From assembly GCF_003334355.1 (NCBI RefSeq), contig NZ_QOWP01000023.1: 64,000 nt of DNA, one strand, 5' to 3'. The stretch is from Escherichia coli (GTDB taxonomy: Bacteria; Pseudomonadota; Gammaproteobacteria; Enterobacterales; Enterobacteriaceae). The position numbers were made by a program, and so were the translations under genes. A model generated the notes under the pieces. It saw only the letters and a program-made list of their open reading frames with translations. It had not been told where the DNA came from and did not search any database. This document shows, one piece after another, positions 1-10,492 of the stretch. Position 1 is the first letter of the stretch. Each line of letters begins with the position of its first letter.

Positions 1-145
1 TCATCTGGAGCTTACAGGTGGCCATTCGTGGGACAGTATCCCTGACAGCCTACAAAACGCAATTGAAGAACGCGAGGCATCGTCTTAACGAGGCACCGAG
101 GCGTCGCATTCTTCAGATGGTTCAACCCTTAAGTTAGCGCTTATG
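1..145 (+). mobile_element. Right-hand terminal 145 bp of IS186 (non-coding 3' end plus terminal inverted repeat); the rest of the element lies upstream of the window
   Basis: 121-145 ttcaacccttaagttagcgcttatg is the reverse complement of CATAAGCGCTAACTTAAGGGTTGAA, the IS186 terminal inverted repeat as I recall it. All of 1-145 matches my recollection of the IS186 3' end. The junction flank gggagtgatcccc fits the GC-rich palindromic target IS186 prefers. Confidence 0.7.
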
Positions 146-205
146 GGAGTGATCCCCGCCACTTTTCAGGTGCTCGCATATCTTCAACGCACCCTAATTT
201 TACCC

Positions 206-229
206 AAGCCTGCCCACGGGCAGGCTTTT
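206..229 (-). terminator. Stem-loop immediately 3' of dnaJ (probable dnaKJ terminator)
   Basis: aagcctgcc (206-214) pairs with ggcaggctt (219-227): a 9-bp perfect stem with a 4-nt loop, 8 nt beyond the dnaJ stop. Confidence 0.5.
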
Positions 230-236
230 GGGGAGG

Positions 237-1367
237 TTAGCGGGTCAGGTCGTCAAAAAACTTCTTCACACCATCAAAGAAGCTCTTTGAGCGCGGGCTG
301 TTGTGCTCACCGGTTGGGCCACCGAAGCTTTCTTGCAGCTCTTGCAGCAGCTGTTTCTGCTTCTCGTTCAGGCCTACCGGTGTTTCGACGACAACGCGGC
401 ACAGTAAATCACCCTGTGCGCCACCGCGGACAGACTTGACGCCTTTACCGCGCATACGGAACAGCTTACCAGTCTGGGTTTCGCCAGGCACTTTCAGTTT
501 GACGCGACCATCAAGGGTCGGTACTTCGATTTCGCCACCCAGCGCCGCCATAGCGAAGTTGATCGGGACTTCGCAATACAGGTTGTTGCCTTCACGCTCG
601 AAAATCGGGTGCTGTTTAACCTGAACCTGAACGTACAGATCGCCTGCCGGTGCGCCATGCTCGCCCGCTTCACCTTCGCCCGCAAGACGGATGCGGTCTC
701 CAGTGTCCACCCCTGCCGGGATTTTAACGGACAGCGTTTTGCTGCGCTCAACACGACCATGACCATGACATTTGTTGCACGGATCTTTGATCAGCGTACC
801 GCGGCCCTGACAGTGTGGACAGGTCTGCTGCACGGCAAAGAAACCCTGACGCATCTGCACCTGACCAGAACCATGACAGGTCGGACAGGTCTGCGGCTGT
901 GTACCTGGTTTTGCACCGCTACCGTGGCAAACGTCACACTCTTCCAGAGTCGGAATGCGGATCTCTTTGGTCACGCCACGTACAGCTTCTTCGAGGGTGA
1001 GCTCCATGTTATAGCGTAAATCAGCACCGCGCGCCGCACGTTGACGACCACGTCCGCCGCCAAAAATATCGCCGAAAACGTCACCAAAAATATCGCTGAA
1101 GTCTGCGCCGCCGCCAAAACCGCCGCCGCCCATACCGCCTTGCTCAAACGCAGCATGACCATACTGATCATATGCCGCACGTTTTTGCGAGTCGGTCAGA
1201 ACTTCATAAGCTTCCTTGATCTCTTTAAATTTCGCCTCGGTCTCTTTGTCACCCTGGTTACGGTCCGGGTGGTATTTCATGGCCAGGCGTTTGTAGGCCT
1301 TTTTGATTTCACGCTCTTCCGCTGTTTTGGAAACGCCTAAAATCTCGTAATAATCTTGCTTAGCCAT
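237..1367 (-). CDS. dnaJ: Hsp40 co-chaperone DnaJ (376 aa)
   Basis: ORF 237..1397 with the conserved start [12 protein letters not shown] at 1367. It has a J-domain HPD motif ([10 protein letters not shown]), a G/F-rich linker and four CxxCxGxG zinc-finger repeats. Confidence 0.97.
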   Translation of the reverse strand: MAKQDYYEILGVSKTAEEREIKKAYKRLAMKYHPDRNQGDKETEAKFKEIKEAYEVLTDSQKRAAYDQYGHAAFEQGGMGGGGFGGGADFSDIFGDVFGDIFGGGRGRQRAARGADLRYNMELTLEEAVRGVTKEIRIPTLEECDVCHGSGAKPGTQPQTCPTCHGSGQVQMRQGFFAVQQTCPHCQGRGTLIKDPCNKCHGHGRVERSKTLSVKIPAGVDTGDRIRLAGEGEAGEHGAPAGDLYVQVQVKQHPIFEREGNNLYCEVPINFAMAALGGEIEVPTLDGRVKLKVPGETQTGKLFRMRGKGVKSVRGGAQGDLLCRVVVETPVGLNEKQKQLLQELQESFGGPTGEHNSPRSKSFFDGVKKFFDDLTR

Positions 1368-1394
1368 CTTTTTTAAATTGCCCCTAGATGAATG

Positions 1395-1427
1395 CACGGG
1401 CGGAGAGGAAATTCCCCTTCGCCCGTG
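1395..1427 (-). other. Imperfect hairpin in the dnaK-dnaJ intercistronic spacer
   Basis: cacgggcg (1395-1402) pairs with cgcccgtg (1420-1427), enclosing a partly self-complementary purine/pyrimidine core. Confidence 0.5.
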
Positions 1428-1455
1428 TCAGTATAATTACCCGTTTATAGGGCGA

Positions 1456-3372
1456 TTATTTTTTGTCTTTGACTTCTTCAAATTCAGCGTCGACAACATC
1501 GTCATCTTTCGCGTTGTTTGCAGAAGCATCAGCACCGGCAGTCTGCTGCTGGGCATGTTGCTGCTGGGCGATTTCCATCAGTTTCTGGGAAACCTGTGCC
1601 AGTTCCTGCATTTTCGCTTCGATAGCGGCTTTGTCTTCACCTTTCAGAGCAGTTTCCAGTGCAGTCAGTGCAGACTCGATAGCAGTTTTGTCGTCAGCCG
1701 GCAGTTTGTCGCCTGCTTCTTCAACCTGCTTACGGGTGCTGTGCAGCAGATGGTCGCCCTGGTTGCGAGTCTGTACCAGCTCTTCAAACTTACGGTCAGC
1801 TTCGGCGTTAGCTTCTGCGTCGCGTACCATTTTCTGGATTTCATCTTCGTTCAGACCAGAAGAAGCCTTGATGGTGATCTTCTGCTCTTTACCGCTGTTT
1901 TTATCTTTCGCGGAAACGTGCAGGATACCGTCAGCATCGATATCGAAGGTAACTTCGATCTGCGGCATGCCGCGCGGTGCCGGGTTGATACCATCCAGGT
2001 TGAACTGACCCAGAGATTTGTTATCAGCCGCACGTTTACGTTCACCCTGCAGCACATGGATGGTTACCGCAGACTGGTTGTCTTCAGCGGTAGAGAACAC
2101 CTGGCTGTGCTTGGTCGGGATAGTGGTGTTTTTCGCGATCAGCGTCGTCATCACACCGCCCATGGTTTCGATACCTAGAGACAGCGGGGTAACGTCCAGC
2201 AGCAGTACGTCTTTCACGTCACCAGTCAGAACACCACCCTGAACAGCAGCACCGATTGCTACAGCTTCGTCCGGGTTAACGTCTTTACGCGGCTCTTTAC
2301 CAAAGAACTCAGCAACTTTCTTCTGAACCATTGGCATACGAGTCTGACCACCAACGAGGATAACGTCGTCGATATCAGATACGGACAGGCCAGCGTCCTG
2401 CAGTGCAACTTTCAGCGGCTCAATGGAACGGTTTACCAGATCTTCAACCAGGCTTTCCAGTTTCGCACGAGTCACTTTGATGTTCATGTGTTTCGGACCG
2501 GTCGCATCTGCAGTGATGTACGGCAGGTTAACGTCGGTCTGCTGAGCGGAAGACAGTTCGATTTTCGCTTTTTCTGCCGCTTCTTTCAGGCGCTGCATTG
2601 CCAGCGGATCGTTGCGCAGGTCAATGCCCTGATCTTTCTTGAATTCTTCAACCAGGTAGTTGATCAGACGGCTGTCGAAGTCTTCACCACCCAGGTGGGT
2701 ATCACCGTTGGTAGCCAGAACTTCGAAGGTTTTTTCGCCGTCAACTTCGTCGATTTCGATAATAGAAATATCGAAAGTACCACCACCCAGGTCATAAACC
2801 GCGATAGTACGGTTGCCAGTACCTTTGTCCAGACCGTAAGCCAGCGCAGCTGCGGTCGGTTCGTTGATGATACGTTTTACTTCCAGACCAGCGATACGGC
2901 CTGCGTCTTTGGTTGCCTGACGCTGAGCATCGTTAAAGTATGCCGGTACGGTGATAACAGCTTCAGTTACCGGTTCACCCAAGTAATCTTCAGCGGTTTT
3001 CTTCATTTTTTTCAGCACTTCAGCAGAGATCTGCGGCGGTGCCATTTTCTGGCCTTTAACTTCGACCCATGCGTCGCCGTTATCAGCAGCAATAATTTTG
3101 AACGGCATGATGGAAACATCACGCTGTACTTCTTCGTCCTGGAAGCGGCGACCAATCAGGCGTTTAATCGCAAACAGGGTGTTTTGCGGGTTCGTCACTG
3201 CCTGACGTTTAGCCGGCTGACCAACCAGAGTTTCACCATCCTGGGTATAGGCAATGATAGAAGGCGTGGTGCGATCGCCTTCGGCGTTCTCCAGCACACG
3301 AGGAGTGGTGCCATCCATAATCGCTACACAAGAGTTGGTAGTACCCAGGTCGATACCAATTATTTTACCCAT
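1456..3372 (-). CDS. dnaK: Hsp70 chaperone DnaK (638 aa)
   Basis: Full-length ORF with [22 protein letters not shown] and the C-terminal EEVKDKK, followed by dnaJ. Confidence 0.98.
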
Positions 3373-3420
3373 CTAAACGTCTCCACTATATATTCGGTCA
3401 TCATGTGGTTGTGAGTCTGT

Positions 3421-3447
3421 AATAGGGGCGAAACGTCTGGTTTCAAC
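3421..3447 (-). promoter_or_regulatory. sigma-32 heat-shock promoter (dnaK P2-like)
   Basis: Minus strand reads GTTGAAA (3441-3447), a 12-nt spacer, then CCCCTATT (3421-3428). The sigma-32 consensus is CTTGAAA..CCCCATNT. Confidence 0.7.
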
Positions 3448-3494
3448 TGCCCAATTTCATTTTTTTGCAGACTCACTCACTGCGGTTGACTACT

Positions 3495-3522
3495 AAATGG
3501 GGTCGTAACCCACGTCATCAAG
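3495..3522 (-). promoter_or_regulatory. sigma-32 heat-shock promoter (dnaK P1-like)
   Basis: Minus strand reads CTTGATG (3516-3522), a 13-nt spacer, then CCCCATTT (3495-3502). Confidence 0.75.
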
Positions 3523-3748
3523 GGGGAGATGCAAAAATTTTTTGTGCTTTTGCGCAGAAATTTCGCGATATAGCAGGACAAGACGTGAAACTGACAGCAA
3601 TTTTATTCATATAAAGAATGAATCGCAGCCAAGACATTCATCAAAAAATTGTAATAAAAAGAAAACATTACGCACCTGAATCTTCTCTTTATCAGCAGTA
3701 AACTAGTGGGTATCCATCCCCCTACCTCTCCCCACTAAGAGAATCCTT

Positions 3749-4153
3749 ATGAAATCCGTTTTTACGATTTCCGCCAGCCTGGCGATTAGTCTGATGCTGT
3801 GCTGCACGGCGCAGGCAAACGACCATAAAATCCTCGGCGTCATTGCGATGCCACGTAACGAAACCAACGATCTGGCGCTGAAACTTCCTGTTTGCCGAAT
3901 TGTTAAACGCATACAACTCTCTGCCGACCATGGCGATTTACAGTTAAGCGGTGCATCGGTTTATTTCAAAGCCGCCCGTAGCGCCAGTCAGAGCCTGAAT
4001 ATTCCTTCAGAAATAAAAGAAGGGCAAACCACTGACTGGATCAACATTAACAGCGATAACGACAATAAACGCTGCGTCTCAAAAATCACCTTTTCCGGTC
4101 ATACGGTGAACTCATCGGATATGGCCACGCTGAAAATTATCGGCGACGACTAA
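3749..4153 (+). CDS. yaaI: Small secreted protein YaaI (DUF2541), 134 aa
   Basis: ORF with a signal-like N-terminus [23 protein letters not shown]. Synteny between dnaK and yaaW. Confidence 0.8.
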
Positions 4154-4178
4154 CGCCAGAATATAGAAGCCACAAAAA

Positions 4179-4892
4179 ATGAATGTTAATTACCTGAATG
4201 ATTCAGATCTGGATTTTCTCCAGCATTGCAGTGAGGAACAGTTGGCAAATTTCGCCCGATTGCTCACCCATAATGAAAAAGGCAAAACTCGCCTCTCCAG
4301 CGTACTGATGCGCAACGAACTGTTTAAATCGATGGAAGGGCATCCCGAGCAACATCGCCGCAACTGGCAGCTGATTGCTGGAGAATTACAGCATTTTGGT
4401 GGCGATAGTATCGCCAACAAACTGCGCGGACACGGTAAATTGTATCGGGCCATTTTGCTCGATGTTTCAAAACGATTGAAGCTGAAAGCCGACAAAGAGA
4501 TGTCTACGTTTGAGATTGAGCAACAGTTACTGGAACAATTTCTGCGTAACACCTGGAAGAATATGGACGAGGAACATAAGCAGGAGTTTCTGCACGCGGT
4601 CGATGCCAGGGTGAATGAGCTGGAAGAGCTGCTGCCGCTGCTGATGAAAGACAAATTATTGGCAAAAGGCGTGTCGCATTTGCTTTCCAGCCAATTGACC
4701 CGCATTTTACGCACCCACGCAGCAATGAGCGTGCTTGGGCATGGTTTGCTGCGCGGCGCGGGTCTGGGAGGCCCTGTGGGCGCAGCATTAAATGGGGTTA
4801 AAGCGGTCAGCGGCAGTGCCTATCGCGTGACAATTCCAGCCGTACTGCAAATCGCCTGCCTGCGCCGGATGGTTAGCGCCACTCAGGTCTGA
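4179..4892 (+). CDS. yaaW: Uncharacterised protein YaaW (UPF0174), 237 aa
   Basis: Intact 237-codon ORF. Synteny and recall of E. coli YaaW. Confidence 0.8.
   Translation: MNVNYLNDSDLDFLQHCSEEQLANFARLLTHNEKGKTRLSSVLMRNELFKSMEGHPEQHRRNWQLIAGELQHFGGDSIANKLRGHGKLYRAILLDVSKRLKLKADKEMSTFEIEQQLLEQFLRNTWKNMDEEHKQEFLHAVDARVNELEELLPLLMKDKLLAKGVSHLLSSQLTRILRTHAAMSVLGHGLLRGAGLGGPVGAALNGVKAVSGSAYRVTIPAVLQIACLRRMVSATQV
4190..4705 (-). CDS. htgA: Antisense-embedded ORF htgA/mbiA, entirely inside yaaW (coding status disputed)
   Basis: Minus-strand ORF 4190..4714. The internal Met at 4705 (MRVNWLESK..) corresponds to the K-12 htgA start as I recall it. The product is Ser/Cys-rich and low complexity. Confidence 0.25.
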   Translation of the reverse strand: MRVNWLESKCDTPFANNLSFISSGSSSSSSFTLASTACRNSCLCSSSIFFQVLRRNCSSNCCSISNVDISLSAFSFNRFETSSKMARYNLPCPRSLLAILSPPKCCNSPAISCQLRRCCSGCPSIDLNSSLRISTLERRVLPFSLWVSNRAKFANCSSLQCWRKSRSESFR

Positions 4893-5040
4893 CACCGTAA
4901 ACCGGGGAAAATTTTCATTTTCCCCTCAAAAGATCGTAGACACTGCCCCACTGGCTGATTATTATGCCGCGCCCTGAAAACACTACAGTTATTCAGGGAA
5001 ATTATTTCACCATTCATTCGATGATGATTTTTGAGGAATT

Positions 5041-5607
5041 ATGGGCAACACTAAGTTGGCTAATCCGGCACCGCTGGGCCTGATGGGCTTCGGCATGACC
5101 ACCATTCTGCTTAACCTGCACAACGTGGGTTATTTCGCTCTGGACGGTATTATTCTTGCCATGGGCATTTTCTACGGCGGCATCGCGCAAATTTTTGCCG
5201 GTCTGCTGGAGTACAAAAAAGGCAACACTTTCGGTTTAACCGCATTCACCTCTTACGGTTCTTTCTGGCTGACGCTGGTTGCGATTCTACTGATGCCGAA
5301 ACTGGGTCTGACCGATGCGCCAAATGCACAGTTCCTTGGTGTCTACCTGGGTCTGTGGGGCGTATTTACGCTGTTTATGTTCTTCGGCACGCTGAAAGGC
5401 GCACGCGTTCTGCAATTCGTTTTCTTTAGCCTGACCGTGCTGTTTGCCCTGCTGGCGATCGGTAACATTGCCGGTAACGCCGCAATCATCCACTTTGCCG
5501 GCTGGATTGGTCTGATCTGCGGTGCCAGCGCAATCTATCTGGCGATGGGTGAAGTACTGAACGAGCAGTTTGGTCGCACCGTTCTGCCGATTGGTGAATC
5601 CCACTAA
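5041..5607 (+). CDS. satP: Succinate-acetate/proton symporter SatP (YaaH), 188 aa
   Basis: Polytopic membrane ORF with the NPAPLGL motif of the GPR1/FUN34/YaaH family. Confidence 0.93.
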   Translation: MGNTKLANPAPLGLMGFGMTTILLNLHNVGYFALDGIILAMGIFYGGIAQIFAGLLEYKKGNTFGLTAFTSYGSFWLTLVAILLMPKLGLTDAPNAQFLGVYLGLWGVFTLFMFFGTLKGARVLQFVFFSLTVLFALLAIGNIAGNAAIIHFAGWIGLICGASAIYLAMGEVLNEQFGRTVLPIGESH

Positions 5608-5616
5608 TTGTTTTGA

Positions 5617-5643
5617 GATCCCCCCGCTCGGGGGGATTTTTTT
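5617..5643 (+). terminator. Rho-independent terminator of satP, shared with convergent mog
   Basis: atcccccc (5618-5625) pairs with ggggggat (5630-5637), followed by a T-run that overlaps the mog stop codon. Confidence 0.8.
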
Positions 5644-6229
5644 ATTCGCTAACGTCGCGTCTTGCACTCTTCGGTCTGAATGCAGCAACCACTTCTGGTG
5701 CCGTTTCAACGTATGGCCCTTCCAGCAACTGAATGCAGTACGGTACGCTGGCAAAAATACCGTGTACCACAACGTTACCCTCAGCGTCCTTCACACCTTC
5801 CAGCGTCTCTTTAATAGACTTCGGCTGACCGGGTAAGTTAAGGATCAGCGCCTGTTTGCGAATCACGCCCACCTGACGCGAAAGGATCGCAGTTGGTACA
5901 AAATGCAGGCTGATCTGGCGCATCTGTTCACCAAAGCCAGGCATCTCGCGGTCCGCTACTGCCAGCGTCGCATCGGGCGTTACGTCACGACGCGCCGGGC
6001 CAGTTCCGCCCGTGGTGAGCACCAGATGGCAACTCATTTCATCCACCAGCTCACACAACGTTTGCTCGATGATCGCCTGCTCATCGGGGATTAAGCGGGT
6101 TTCCAGTTCAAACGGCGTGGTTAGCGCCGATGTCAGCCATTCTTCCAGTGCAGGGATACCTTTATCCTGATAAACGCCGCTGGATGCGCGATCAGAGATG
6201 GAAACTAAGCCAATACGTAAAGTATTCAT
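5642..6229 (-). CDS. mog: Molybdopterin adenylyltransferase Mog (195 aa)
   Basis: ORF with start MNTLRIGLVSISDRAS at 6229; MogA/MoaB-type domain with TTGGTG. Confidence 0.93.
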   Translation of the reverse strand: MNTLRIGLVSISDRASSGVYQDKGIPALEEWLTSALTTPFELETRLIPDEQAIIEQTLCELVDEMSCHLVLTTGGTGPARRDVTPDATLAVADREMPGFGEQMRQISLHFVPTAILSRQVGVIRKQALILNLPGQPKSIKETLEGVKDAEGNVVVHGIFASVPYCIQLLEGPYVETAPEVVAAFRPKSARRDVSE

Positions 6230-6343
6230 CAAGATTTTTCCGTTTAAACAGTCTCGTTAAACAGAATGATACACTGCGAAGGGAGTGACAGACAGGCTTC
6301 AGAAGAGGTAGCGTGACCGACTTCCCGGTCACGCTAAGAATGA

Positions 6344-7297
6344 TTACAGCAGATCGCCGATCATTTTTTCCAGTTTTTCCTGGTCAATAGCAAACTTACG
6401 GATACCTTCCGCCAGTTTATCTACTGCCATTGGATCCTGGTTGTGCTGCCACAGGAACTCGGACTCAGTGATACGCGCCGGACGCGCTTTCACTTCGCCG
6501 GTGTAAGACAGTTTACGTTCAATAGCCCCTTCGCTCTCAGCCAGCTCTTTCAGCAGTGCCGGTGCGATGGTCAGACGGTCGCAGCCTGCCAGTTCCAGAA
6601 TTTCGCCGATGTTACGGAAGCTTGCGCCCATAACCACGGTTTCATAACCGTGCTCTTTGTAGTACTGGTAGATTTCAGATACAGAAACCACACCCGGATC
6701 TTCTGCCGGAGCGTACTCTTTCTTATCGGTATTCGCTTTGTACCAGTCAAGAATACGGCCAACGAACGGCGAGATCAGGAACACGCCCGCTTCCGCACAA
6801 GCACGAGCCTGAGCGAAGGAGAACAGCAGGGTCAGGTTACAGTTGATACCTTCTTTTTCCAGCTGTTCTGCAGCACGAATACCCTGCCAGGTAGAAGCCA
6901 GTTTGATCAGAATACGATCGTTGCTAATACCTGCATCGTTGTAGAGTTTGATCAGGCGTTTTGCTTTCGCAATTGACGCTTCGGTGTCATAGGAAAGACG
7001 CGCATCAACTTCAGTTGAGATACGGCCCGGAACCAGTTTCAGGATTTCCAGACCAATATTTACTGCCAGTTTGTCGGTCGCGTCCACGATCTGCTGCGCG
7101 CGATCGTTGCTCTGCTGTTTCGCCCAGGCGACAGCATCATCAATCAACTTACGGTATTCCGGAATCTGCGCTGCGTTAAGAATGAGAGAAGGGTTGGTTG
7201 TGGCATCCTGCGGTTGATACAGCTTCATTGCCGCGATGTCCCCAGTGTCGGCCACTACGGTGGTGTACTGACGAAGGGAGGTCAATTTGTCCGTCAT
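6344..7297 (-). CDS. talB: Transaldolase B (317 aa)
   Basis: ORF 6344..7360. The conserved start [20 protein letters not shown] is at 7297. Class I transaldolase. Confidence 0.96.
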
Positions 7298-7575
7298 GAT
7301 AGTATTTCTCTTTAAACAGCTTGTTAGGGGGATGTAACCGGTCTGCCCTGATGATATCACGACGCAACGTCAGCGCAACCGCCGACAAGACGGTTATCGC
7401 CAGGCGAGACTGTTTCGGATTTCTGACACTGCGTTGATATCGCCCGCCATTTTTATACAAAACCTCATGTATGCTACGCAGAAGTTATCAAGTACCTCGT
7501 AGCGTATATACTTCTTAAACAATTGGTAACGTTTACACAGGAAAGTCATCGCGACCGGCAATAAGAGGGATATGC

Positions 7576-9006
7576 ATGCCAGATTTTTTCTCCTTTATTA
7601 ACAGCGTCCTTTGGGGATCGGTAATGATTTACCTGCTCTTCGGCGCAGGTTGTTGGTTCACTTTTCGCACCGGATTTGTGCAGTTTCGCTACATCCGCCA
7701 GTTTGGCAAAAGTCTTAAAAATAGCATTCATCCACAGCCAGGCGGTTTAACCTCATTTCAGTCATTGTGTACCAGTCTTGCGGCGCGCGTGGGTAGCGGC
7801 AACCTGGCCGGCGTTGCGCTGGCAATTACCGCCGGTGGACCTGGAGCCGTCTTCTGGATGTGGGTTGCCGCGTTTATCGGCATGGCGACCTCGTTTGCCG
7901 AATGTTCCCTCGCACAGCTTTATAAAGAACGTGATGCCAATGGGCAGTTTCGTGGCGGACCGGCATGGTATATGGCGCGCGGGCTGGGGATGCGCTGGAT
8001 GGGCGTTCTGTTCGCCGTCTTTTTGCTCATCGCCTACGGCATAATTTTCAGCGGAATTCAGGCGAACGCCGTTGCGCGAGCCCTGAGTTTTTCTTTTGAT
8101 TTTCCCCCGCTGGTGACAGGTATTATTCTCGCTGTCTTTGCTCTGCTGGCGATCACTCGCGGTCTTCATGGCGTCGCCCGGCTCATGCAGGGGTTTGTCC
8201 CGTTGATGGCGATAATCTGGGTACTGACCAGCCTGGTGATTTGCGTAATGAATATCGGGCAACTTCCCCACGTCATTTGGTCTATTTTTGAGAGTGCTTT
8301 TGGCTGGCAGGAAGCGGCAGGCGGCGCGGCGGGATATACCTTAAGCCAGGCGATTACTAACGGTTTTCAGCGCAGTATGTTTTCCAATGAGGCGGGAATG
8401 GGGTCGACGCCAAACGCGGCAGCGGCAGCGGCGTCCTGGCCTCCGCATCCGGCAGCGCAAGGGATTGTCCAGATGATTGGCATTTTTATCGACACCCTGG
8501 TCATCTGTACGGCAAGCGCCATGCTGATATTACTGGCGGGTAACGGCACAACCTACATGCCGCTGGAAGGTATTCAGCTTATCCAGAAGGCGATGCGGGT
8601 GCTAATGGGTTCCTGGGGTGCTGAGTTTGTTACCCTCGTGGTTATTCTGTTTGCCTTCAGCTCCATCGTTGCCAACTACATTTACGCCGAAAACAATCTC
8701 TTCTTTTTACGCCTGAACAACCCTAAAGCGATCTGGTGTTTGCGGATCTGCACCTTCGCAACGGTCATCGGCGGCACCTTGCTAAGTCTTCCGCTGATGT
8801 GGCAACTGGCAGATATCATAATGGCCTGCATGGCTATTACCAATTTGACCGCCATTTTACTGCTCTCGCCTGTGGTTCATACCATTGCCAGTGATTATCT
8901 ACGCCAGCGTAAACTCGGCGTGCGCCCGGTGTTTGATCCGTTGCGTTATCCGGATATCGGCCGCCAGCTTTCTCCGGACGCGTGGGATGATGTTTCGCAG
9001 GAGTAA
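7576..9006 (+). CDS. yaaJ: Alanine/glycine:cation symporter family transporter YaaJ (476 aa)
   Basis: Polytopic membrane ORF. Recall of E. coli YaaJ and synteny. Confidence 0.9.
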   Translation: MPDFFSFINSVLWGSVMIYLLFGAGCWFTFRTGFVQFRYIRQFGKSLKNSIHPQPGGLTSFQSLCTSLAARVGSGNLAGVALAITAGGPGAVFWMWVAAFIGMATSFAECSLAQLYKERDANGQFRGGPAWYMARGLGMRWMGVLFAVFLLIAYGIIFSGIQANAVARALSFSFDFPPLVTGIILAVFALLAITRGLHGVARLMQGFVPLMAIIWVLTSLVICVMNIGQLPHVIWSIFESAFGWQEAAGGAAGYTLSQAITNGFQRSMFSNEAGMGSTPNAAAAAASWPPHPAAQGIVQMIGIFIDTLVICTASAMLILLAGNGTTYMPLEGIQLIQKAMRVLMGSWGAEFVTLVVILFAFSSIVANYIYAENNLFFLRLNNPKAIWCLRICTFATVIGGTLLSLPLMWQLADIIMACMAITNLTAILLLSPVVHTIASDYLRQRKLGVRPVFDPLRYPDIGRQLSPDAWDDVSQE

Positions 9007-9075
9007 TCACAACTATCGATCAACTCATTCTCTTTTTTTGCTAAAGTCGGCATAAATTTCCTGCAAGGACTGGAT

Positions 9076-9852
9076 ATGCTGATTCTTATTTCACCTGCGA
9101 AAACGCTTGATTACCAAAGCCCGTTGACCACCACGCGCTATACGCTGCCGGAGCTGTTAGACAATTCCCAGCAGTTGATCCATGAAGCGCGGAAACTGAC
9201 GCCTCCGCAGATTAGCACGCTGATGCGCATCAGCGACAAACTGGCGGGTATCAACGCCGCTCGCTTTCATGACTGGCAGCCAGATTTCACGCCGGAGAAT
9301 GCCCGCCAGGCGATTCTGGCGTTTAAAGGTGATGTCTACACCGGCTTGCAGGCCGAAACCTTCAGCGAAGACGATTTCGATTTTGCCCAACAGCATTTGC
9401 GAATGCTTTCCGGCTTGTATGGCGTACTGCGCCCGCTCGATTTAATGCAGCCTTATCGTCTGGAAATGGGGATCCGTCTTGAGAATGCCCGAGGGAAAGA
9501 TCTGTATCAATTCTGGGGAGATATCATCACCAACAAGCTGAACGAGGCGCTCGCAGCACAAGGCGATAATGTGGTGATTAATCTGGCGTCAGATGAGTAT
9601 TTTAAATCGGTGAAGCCGAAGAAATTGAATGCCGAGATTATCAAGCCGGTGTTCCTCGATGAGAAGAACGGCAAATTTAAGATAATCAGCTTCTACGCTA
9701 AGAAAGCACGCGGTCTGATGAGTCGTTTTATTATTGAAAATCGGCTGACCAAACCAGAGCAACTGACTGGTTTTAATAGCGAAGGTTACTTCTTTGATGA
9801 AGCTTCCTCCAGCAATGGCGAACTGGTGTTTAAACGCTACGAGCAGCGTTAA
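9076..9852 (+). CDS. yaaA: Peroxide-stress protein YaaA (UPF0246), 258 aa
   Basis: The N-terminus [16 protein letters not shown] is typical of YaaA. Confidence 0.9.
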   Translation: MLILISPAKTLDYQSPLTTTRYTLPELLDNSQQLIHEARKLTPPQISTLMRISDKLAGINAARFHDWQPDFTPENARQAILAFKGDVYTGLQAETFSEDDFDFAQQHLRMLSGLYGVLRPLDLMQPYRLEMGIRLENARGKDLYQFWGDIITNKLNEALAAQGDNVVINLASDEYFKSVKPKKLNAEIIKPVFLDEKNGKFKIISFYAKKARGLMSRFIIENRLTKPEQLTGFNSEGYFFDEASSSNGELVFKRYEQR

Positions 9853-9865
9853 GTTTGCAGTCAAT

Positions 9866-9970
9866 GCCGGATGCGGCGTGAACGCCTTATCCGGCCTACA
9901 AAAGCATGCAGATTCAATATATTGCAGAATTCACGTAGGCCTGATAAGACGCGCCAGCGTCGCATCAGGC
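9866..9970. repeat. BIME (two inverted REP elements) between yaaA and yaaX
   Basis: gccggatgcggcgtgaacgccttatccggcctac (9866-9899) and gtaggcctgataagacgcgccagcgtcgcatcaggc (9935-9970). Confidence 0.9.
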
Positions 9971-10004
9971 GCTGAATGCCGGATTGTTACCCGGCATTTG
10001 TCAT

Positions 10005-10301
10005 TTAGCGGTGATGTTTGCCTGGACCATGACCGCCGTGATGATCATGAGGAGCTTTCTTATGGTGGCGCGGCGGTGGCGGCGGTCCGTGTGGGTGCCA
10101 GCGATTGCCTCGCCATTCATAATGTTGTTTCCACCAGCCGTGGTCGCGCCAGTGACCTCCATCCCAGTAATAGCCACGATTATCACGATCGCCTATCTGT
10201 AATTTTACTGACGGGACTAACGTAATTTCCGCAGCCTGTGCTGCCATGGGAGCGACCAGAACCAGGGAAAGTGCGAGTACGATAGATTGCATCTTTTTCA
10301 C
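10005..10301 (-). CDS. yaaX: Small secreted W/H/G/P-rich protein YaaX (DUF2502), 98 aa
   Basis: Signal peptide [23 protein letters not shown], followed by low-complexity ..[40 protein letters not shown]... Confidence 0.75.
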   Translation of the reverse strand: MKKMQSIVLALSLVLVAPMAAQAAEITLVPSVKLQIGDRDNRGYYWDGGHWRDHGWWKQHYEWRGNRWHPHGPPPPPRHHKKAPHDHHGGHGPGKHHR

Positions 10302-10457
10302 AGGTTACTCCTTTTATCATTGCCCGTTATGGGTCGATATCCGGAGATTACGCGATGAGAACGACGGTTGTTATTCTCCGCAATCCTAATCTCTAAGTTA
10401 CCGCATTTATTGAGAATTTCTCCTTTTTCCCTGTCGTTTTTCTCCATAATTTCTTCA

Positions 10458-10492
10458 TAAAAAAGCCGGGCTGCATAAAAGCAAACCCGGCC
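10458..10492 (-). terminator. thr operon rho-independent terminator
   Basis: On the minus strand, gccggg pairs with cccggc (10465-10470 / 10486-10491), followed by U6. It lies 23 nt after the thrC stop. Confidence 0.8.

Noticed and set aside
143-439. A 98-codon plus-strand ORF starting at the IS186 terminus and running into dnaJ antisense.
   Set aside because: It crosses the IS-chromosome junction and the dnaJ terminator and is antisense to dnaJ. It is a chance frame with a Ser/Arg/Ala-rich product.
1378-3414. Two long plus-strand ORFs (1378..2178, 266 aa; 2488..3414, 308 aa) antisense to dnaK.
   Set aside because: Both are in the codon-aligned antisense frame of dnaK (1 mod 3). dnaK is a very highly expressed gene with almost no TTA, CTA or TCA codons. 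These are classic Hsp70 shadow ORFs and their translations are low complexity.
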